A stretch of DNA of 63,254 nt, counting the filler, from Sluysia triapertura (taxonomy: Eukaryota): NCBI GenBank assembly GCA_046118255.1. It is 5 parts of 5 records of this genome, joined end to end, with 100 filler letters (N's around TTAATTAATTAA, not from the genome) between each part and the next. Parts side by side here need not be neighbours in the genome. Positions count along the whole stretch, not along the records: positions 51,875 to 63,254 come from JBJNIA010185379.1; 4 more parts are not named here. One strand, 5' to 3'. Position numbers and translations under genes: made by a program. How positions within the stretch are numbered: the first letter of the stretch is position 1; each line of letters opens with the position of its first letter. Positions 55,479 through 63,254 of the stretch are shown here, one piece after another. The notes below the pieces were generated by a model. The model did no database searches. It saw nothing but the letters and a program-made list of their open reading frames with translations, and was not told where the DNA came from.

Positions 55479-56062
55479 ATGTTGATTTTTATAATAAAAA
55501 TAATAATAATTTTATTAGAATTATCGATTACAGAAGCTTGTCCGAGTCCGTATACTTTATTGAATAATGTTTGCTATTTGATAATTAATCAAATAGTTAA
55601 ATATTGTGACGCTGAAAAACTTTGTGCGGAAAAAGTGGTACTTTAATGTGTCCAGATCAATTCAATAAACTTGGACTCAAAAAGGTCTCTTGGAGTGGTG
55701 TGAATGATTTAATTTTTGAAAGATATACTAATATGTCTGGCTGGATGTGCGTGATTGGTTCAATTGTAAATACAGATAATAATTGTTTTTTGGGTTACCC
55801 TAATAATGTCAATAATGAGCAACATTGTGGAATATTCAGCACATATGATATGACTGCTCAATCTTGTGATATATTACTTCTGCCTTTGCGTTACTATGTA
55901 GAATCAGGACCTTACTCTCTGCAGCTAGTTCAAAGTTCTATTACTGATTATTATGGAGGATATTACAACAATTGTTTCGAAGAATTTTGGACTAATTCAT
56001 ATCTTAATTGTGCAATAAAGTTCGATGTTCAACAAACACGTTTATATCTTAATTTTGCATAA
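55479..56062 (+). pseudogene. Secreted C-type lectin domain gene, frameshifted (copy 1)
   Basis: Signal peptide plus CPSPY..CY...AEKLC in frame 0 (stop at 55644); WSGVND..GW..QHC..QSC in the -1 frame. Confidence 0.75.
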
Positions 56063-56890
56063 CATTTTAAAACGTTTTCAAAATTTACTCATTTCTGAGC
56101 ATTTTCAAACATCGAACGTCGAGTTTGACAGAAAATTTATAAAATTCTAAGTACGAAACAAAAATAATTAAATAAATTTAAACATTCAAAAAACTAAAAT
56201 TAATGTTAATTAATTTTTTAAAATACTTTTCTCAATTTTAGTTCTACACAAATTTAAATTTTGTATTTTATACTATTTGATGATCTTGATGGTTACGTTT
56301 TTGCCATAATTATAAATATTATTTAAACTTTAGTTTAACACTTCTCTTTACTTTTATAAAATACTCTCTGCATTTGGTGGAAATATTTATTATATATATA
56401 CGATAAATTATATGTTATATCTCAATGATCAGTAACTTAGGATTATGCTTCAATTTCAAAATTACTATTTGGTCAATTAAATTATATTAAATATGATGTG
56501 TAGATAGATTGTAGCAATGAATTTCATTTTCTCGTAATGCGATTGTGATACACATGTTGTGGAATTTGATGAAGATTAAATTTTAAATTCAATTTGTAGT
56601 TTTTATTAAGTTTGTATATTATATTAATTAGCTTTTAGACTTACTAAACTAATACGTATCAATTAATTCTGTTTAGTGAAAAAGAACCAAAAATTACAGA
56701 AAAATTTATTATTATTTATTAGTTTACATTCAAAAGACTGGATCCTGCATAAGTCTTCTAGGTTTTCATGTTCACCATCTAAAAAAGAAATAAAATGATC
56801 ATATACTTGTTGGTTATTCTTCGTAGAATTGCTGTGGATCGAGTTAGTTATCAGTGCTGCATGGCCTCTGAGTAGTCCGGCTGTTCTCGT

Positions 56891-57586
56891 TTATTGATAA
56901 CCACAACTTGTTTTATTATTTTTGTTAGATTCGTAATTTTCATGTTTGTTACCATTAACTTCGTGATAGTCATTATTCTTACCTTTAACCTTATAATCAT
57001 CATCTTTATAGTCTTTAAACTCATTGTTATCATCCTTATAAACTTCAACTTTATAGTCACCATCTTTATAATAGTTAGATTGATAATCATCATCTATATA
57101 GTGTTTAACATCATTGTCATTATCTTTATGATCTTTCATTCTACAATCATCATATTTATAGTATTTAAACTAATTGTTATCGTCTTTATAATCTTTGACT
57201 TTATGGTCATAATCTTTATAATAGGTAGATTGATAATCATCATCTTTATTGTGTTTAAACTCATTTTCATCAACTTTATAATCTTTAACATCATTATCAT
57301 TATCTTTATGCTTATTGGTAATCAATGGTGTTTTATTTTGATCATTAATTGAAAAACTAAATTTACCAATAGTATTAATATATGAAGTAATAGTGCTATA
57401 CAATGACGAATTGATTTTAACAGGCAAGATCTTATTTCTGTTAAGCCGTGGTAATAAGTAAGAAAGAAAAGAAGTTTTAATTGTCATAGTGCTAGGTTCA
57501 TCGATAGTCCTAGAATTATATCGACCATAATTGAATTTTTTCTTTGGTAATTCATAAATATGTTTTTTGAAAAACTGATTGTTCAC
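56891..57586 (-). pseudogene. Asp/Lys/Tyr-rich 9-aa repeat protein interrupted by one in-frame TAG
   Basis: ORFs 57170-57586 and 56891-57139 share a frame. 27-bp tandem units lie at about 56930-57315. Confidence 0.5.
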
Positions 57587-60059
57587 TCTCAGTTGAAAAT
57601 GTTCCTAGATGATGAGTTAATTGTAAATCTTCTAGTTCTGATAAATTTTCCATTTTACATAATAATGAAATTAATTTTTTAAAAATCAGCAATTCTTGTT
57701 ATTTTTAATCGATTATTGTTTTGATTTATCATTTTTGAGAGCACAATACAAAATCTTTTACAGCAAATGTCAATCTGATTAGCCGTCCAACCAGAGAAAT
57801 ATATAAAATGTGATGATAACAACTCTGGTTGGACAAACAGTAATAATGATGAGAAAACAATTGATCGATTTGCAAACCACTATCAGTGGTGAGATTAACC
57901 GTCAATGTATATCAATGTAGTTACTACTGGTAGTGGTAGTTACAAAATTAATGAATTTAACAATAATTAATCCATGCTTTCTCGACATATTTGAAAGCAA
58001 AAGTTGAAAATAATATGTATTAAAGTGTAAATGGTTAAGACTTAAGTACTTTAGAATAGTATAATGTTAAAATGGTTGATAAGTGCGCATTGATGTTTTG
58101 AAAGAAGGTCATGTTTGGTTGTTAGGATTTAATGATAATTTGGAATGTTTGGATTGCTTTGAAGATGTTTGTTAAGTAATCTTGAATGTGATTGTGATTG
58201 AATTGTTAAGAAATGAAAAATAAAATATTTTAGATGAATTTTTTATTGTAATTTAATGGTTTAGAATATTATAAGATTATGTGTTTAATTGATTTTTACG
58301 GATGAAAATGTTTTTAGTGGATGTAAAAGAGATAAATATGGAAATGTTAAAATGTTTAAGATGATTTGAAGGTGTATGATTATTGGTTTCGAATGTGGTT
58401 GAAATTGAATTGTTTAGAGATGAAAGATAAAATATTTGGGTTGAATTATTAATGTAATTTGATGGTATTGAATGTCACCGTGGTTTATATGTTATAAGGT
58501 TATAGATTTTTGGATAAACGTTATGTTGACAAGAACTTATGAAAAAATGTTTTGATGGATTTTTGAAAATGTAGAATGTAAATGTTTAATACAATTATTA
58601 AGAAAATAGGTTGGCCACCACAACACTAACACTAACGAATTCTATGAAACAACTTAAAAATTCTCTGTTAATTTAATATTATTAAATAAAAAACAAAAAT
58701 AATTTTATAAGTTATTATAAATTATAGAATCAATTCTCTTTTTATTGTCATTAATATTTTTATATTTATATTGCTTTTAGGTAAAAGAGACATACTTAAT
58801 GATTTTCTATGGGTAGGGCATAGATTTGCCCTAAAGAATGTAAGATAACAAAAAGCACATTTATAAATGATACTACAATAATAAATTATCATGCACTTAC
58901 TAAAAGGATAATCATATAATTGTATTGATAATTGAAGTATTTACAAGTCATTGTTGACAGAAATTTTTTGAATTGATTCGAATAATTATTTGTCATTATT
59001 TACTTTTCCGGCCATCTATGCAATCAGTACGACAATTTTGGATACACTGGACTGTATAAGTTTGTGGTGGTTCAACCTAATTATTTAAAATGTTTCTTCA
59101 CATGTATAAACACAACATTACACTCACAACAAAAATATGACATATATAACACCATACATTAAATAATTACACAATCTCATAAATATTTAATCAGCTCAGC
59201 ATATAAAATTTCTAAACCTAAAATTAAACACAGACACAATTAAAAATAACAATGAAATTTCTATAAAATCCAATATATATTTTGCCTTTCTTTATTAAAC
59301 TCCATAATGCCAATCTAAATCCACAATCTGCACATGGTTCTTGTAAAGGTAGATATATACTGAAGATTCATTTCCCATATTTGTTTAATAGTTTGTCAAA
59401 AAGTAATTATACTCATTCACAAAAGCATTAATAAGTAAAACAATTAATCGTTTATTCAGTACATAAAAAACAGATGAATAAAATTATCGATAGAAAACAA
59501 TGTTTTAAAACAAAATATAAAATATAAAAACAGAAAGTACAACCTCAGAAAAATAACCAAATAACTGAAGAAAAAATACTAGTGATGGTGAACACAATGG
59601 AGTCAAAACAATGGTTCAAGTTACATGAAGAAGTCTGAATACTTTATTCAATCAACATCCATCACAAATCCAAACAATCATTATTCAATCAGATCGAATT
59701 TGTTAATCGTATCGATCCAATTCGAACTTATAATAAAGCTGCACATTTCAGACGAGTTATGAAATTCCATATTCTAAACAGATGTATCATCACTATCATT
59801 GGGCAGCACTGACAATACGGAACCATCTAGAATCACCGAGTTGAATAATATTAATAAACAAGATTACTTTCATTAGCACTTTCATACGGAAAAATCGAAT
59901 ACAAGTGCATAGAGTCAGATTCAAATAAAATTATCTTTAAGTACTGTAAAAGAAAATTAGGATGAAGTAAGTAAATCCAATGATGTAAATACACAATCTG
60001 CACAATATATTGATCCAATCACAGAAGATTTAAGGAAGGAAATAACTGTCGAATATCGA

Positions 60060-60220
60060 AAGAATTTGATGATGGAAAAAGAAATTAGCGACCAATGTAA
60101 TTGCTTATGAAAAGGTGTTACAAGATATCTTTTTCCCACTTGTGGAATTAGTCTTGTTGCTTGATTAATTATTAATTGTAATTTTTTCTGCTTTTTATAA
60201 GAAATTGAGTACAATAAAAT
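60060..60220 (-). mobile_element. L2/CR1-group LINE remnant
   Basis: KLQLIINQATRLI...VTPFHKQLHW. Confidence 0.6.
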
Positions 60221-60300
60221 AGTTTAGGTGTTTCTTTAAAATAATACAAATAATAATACAAATTACTTTGCTTAATAATTCTGAGTTACTACTTAATTTA

Positions 60301-60363
60301 TTTGAATCTAGAATTAAATCTAGAATTTGAATCTAGAATTAAATCTAGAATTTGAATCTAGAA
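60301..60363. repeat. 25-bp tandem repeat (about 2.5 copies)
   Basis: TTTGAATCTAGAATTAAATCTAGAA repeated. Confidence 0.85.
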
Positions 60364-60949
60364 GATCTATTCAAATCAAAAGCATTAAACTCAATTATAA
60401 TCAATGAGAAACAAATATTTCAATTACACTAGTAAACTAAACAGATAGAACAAATCTCGCAATTAACAATAAATATTAATAGATAGAATTATCCAAAATT
60501 TCGGAAAAATTAAAGGTCAAATTTCGAAGATATTCGAGGATTGAAATTGTTCAAAAAAAATGAGTAAAAATTTGAAAATGATTTGTAGCATGTTTTGTAA
60601 AATTAAATGAAGATGTAAATACGTGTGTGTTGAACATATGAAGACTCATTTACATTATTAGAATTATAATTATTCTAAATAATTATCGATTATTTAACTC
60701 GATCTATTTGTATTATATGACATATTTTCCTTCAGTAATTATTGTACTTTTTTCAAATATCTTATTATCTTTAAACATGCATTATAATGAAATTAGAATA
60801 CAGTTACAAACACGGATATATATGGCATCATTATGATTTAATTAATTATTTAATTAATATTTTACTTAAATAATATTTATATAGTCTTTCCTATTACTTC
60901 TATCTGTTATTTTTAATATTATTTATAAAATTAGTTAAACAATAAAATC

Positions 60950-61493
60950 AAACTTTATTGCACAATCAACACATGAATTAGTCCTAAATTCTTCGAAACA
61001 GTTGTTATATGATCCTCCATAATAATCAGTAATAGAACTTTGAACTAACAGAGAGAGTAAGATTCCGATCCAACATAGTAACACAAAGGGTAAAATAATA
61101 AATCACAAGATTTATCATAAAAGTAATTTTCACCAGCAATTCCACAATGTTCCGAATTATTACTATTACTAGGATCACTATTAAACCAATAGTTGTCTGT
61201 GTTCAGAAGTGAACCATTTACACACATCCAGGCAGATCTATTAATACGTCTTTCAAACATTAAATCATTTACACCACCCCAATAGTACTTATTGATTCCA
61301 AGTTTATTGTATTCATCTGGATACGCCAAAGAACCATTTTTTCAGCACAAAGTCTTTCAGCGTCACAATATTTAACTTTCTGATTAATTATCAAATAGCA
61401 AACATTACTCAATAATATATACGGACTCGGACAAGCTTCTGTAATCGATAATTCTAATAGAATTATTATTATTTTTATTATAAAAATCAACAT
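60950..61493 (-). pseudogene. Secreted C-type lectin domain gene, frameshifted (copy 2)
   Basis: MLIFIIK...CPSPY..CAEK, then WGGVND..EHCG..DKSC..PLC in the shifted frame. A second frameshift lies near 61050. Confidence 0.75.
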
Positions 61494-63185
61494 AGTATTA
61501 ATTTATATTGTTTAAATTTACATGATAAATTTCCATTAACATCATATGCATATTTTATATATTTTAAAACGTTTGAATTATTTACAATGTCGTGGTATAA
61601 ATGGATAATATATCTATTCCCATAATCTCTTTTAATTATAAATTAATTTTTGTTACTGAACTTTGTACAATTAAATTTATTTTATTTAATAGAAATTAAT
61701 TATAATAATAATTGAAAAATGTACGAAGGGTAGTTTTATCAAGGTAATTCTAGTAGTCGTGGCACTTGCTGGGTATATCAATATAAATAATATTAATATT
61801 TTCCTCCATCATGTTTACTTTCAGGAAATTTTGAAAATAATTTAAAATAATATAAATAAAATAAAACTAATACATTTGTTGCTTTAAAGAAGTTGAAAAT
61901 TTTTCAATGCTTCTTTATATTCAAAGCATCTTATATTCAAAGAAAATGAAGTGTACAGAAAAAATAAAAATTTAAAAATGAATTATAACAAACAATAATA
62001 ATTTGAAATAATAATAAGAAAATTTATTTTTCTTCTCATTAACACATCAGTTGGACAATTATCAATTTGTAAACACAAGAATTCCAGAATTTGTTTTTCC
62101 ATGATAAGTATTAAGTTTCATTTGTATACAGTTTCAAAGAATTTATCTCTCATTGATCCATAAATCATGTCGACTCCAGCTTAAGAGTTTTAGAAGACGG
62201 TGCTGAAAAAAGCACATATGCCTTTTCTTAAGAAGGATAGACTATAGCATACTCCTAAAAATACTTGTAAATAAACTATTAATTTTACATTTTTGATTTA
62301 ATAAACTTAGAAATTTTTGCATTATTACATAATATTTCTTGTTATTTCCCTTTTTTTTGTTTAGTGAACGTAAATATGAATACTCTTCTATTTCTACTGT
62401 CGGACCAAATTCGTACTTTCTATAGAAATTTAGATAAATTTGATACGCTTGATAAACTATCTCTGAATTCTTTATTAACCCTTTGTGTATACCGAATAGG
62501 CTTAAAAGTAAGTTAAACATAAACTTATATACTCATATGTTTAGTCTTACATTCGAAAGATTTCAAATTGTTGTGAACGCTCCTACATCTTTCTACTCTC
62601 CATATGTAGCGGTTGCACGCGGTAATGTCAAAGCCTTATTGATTGTAGGAGTTTTTCCGGTATTTCTTCGCTTTCCACTATGCATTTAACGAAATTGTTT
62701 CAGAATTGTAAGATAATTGTTGAGGCTCAAGGGTTTCCTTGATCTATCGCGATTCTGTTTCCGGTTTCTGACATCCAATCATGTTCTTTTTTATATCTCG
62801 GGAGACGGACCGCAGGAGTGTTCGATACTCATGAGCTTTCATTGCCACTCCACGACGAAAAGAATCTCATTTTCGTCACCTTTTACCATGGGTCATTCAA
62901 ATTGTTTGTGAGCCTTATCCGTAATTACTTGACAGATATGCACGAGTTGATAGAAGAAGACTCATTAAGTTCAAAGAACATAGAAGAACTCCATCAATAT
63001 TTTCTTGGCTTCTTCCACGATAAAAATCTTGTTTCTTTGAACCCCGTTTTATCACAGATACGTTGGCATTCCTTCCAGTAGAGTAAATCTGAATGATTAC
63101 AGACATTTTGGATAGATCACGCCAGACTTTGAAACTTCTTTACCAAGCTTGATTAATTTCATTAATTTCATTAATTTGAATAATA

Positions 63186-63188
<3 letters not shown>

Positions 63189-63254
<66 letters not shown>
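63189..63254. repeat. (ATT)n microsatellite at window end
   Basis: Direct reading. Confidence 0.95.

Noticed and set aside
56930-57315. CRISPR-like array or FLAG vector contamination
   Set aside because: Units are contiguous with no unique spacers, are naturally diverged, and have no vector sequence nearby.
56894-57352. 152-aa very hydrophobic ORF
   Set aside because: Antisense reading of the D/K/Y 27-bp repeat.

Overview
Very AT-rich eukaryotic (metazoan) nuclear DNA. It is not one locus: five contigs (1-13338, 13439-27662, 27763-39775, 39876-51774, 51875-63254) are joined by artificial 100-nt linkers (N44-TTAATTAATTAA-N44), so adjacency across a linker means nothing. The 31-33-nt introns and lectin type are compatible with a flatworm-like lophotrochozoan, but the species cannot be determined. 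Spliced genes recognised by manual translation: the 3' kinase exons of a group I PAK, the 5' half of a TUT4/TUT7 terminal uridylyltransferase, one antisense OSBP/ORP exon, the 3' exons of exportin-4 (with a GC donor), a coiled-coil gene and unassigned exons. The rest is a gene and transposon graveyard. It holds a decayed bacterial-type agmatine deiminase (HGT candidate), a netrin pseudogene, a GT14/GT10 glycosyltransferase chimera, and two inverted C-type lectin paralogs sharing one frameshift. It also holds a 27-bp repeat ORF encoding FLAG-like DYKDDDYK units, a gypsy-type LTR family carrying a perfect heat-shock element, remnants of Tc1, pogo and LINE elements, and many (AAT)n microsatellites. 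All family calls come from motif recognition by eye; no database search was run.
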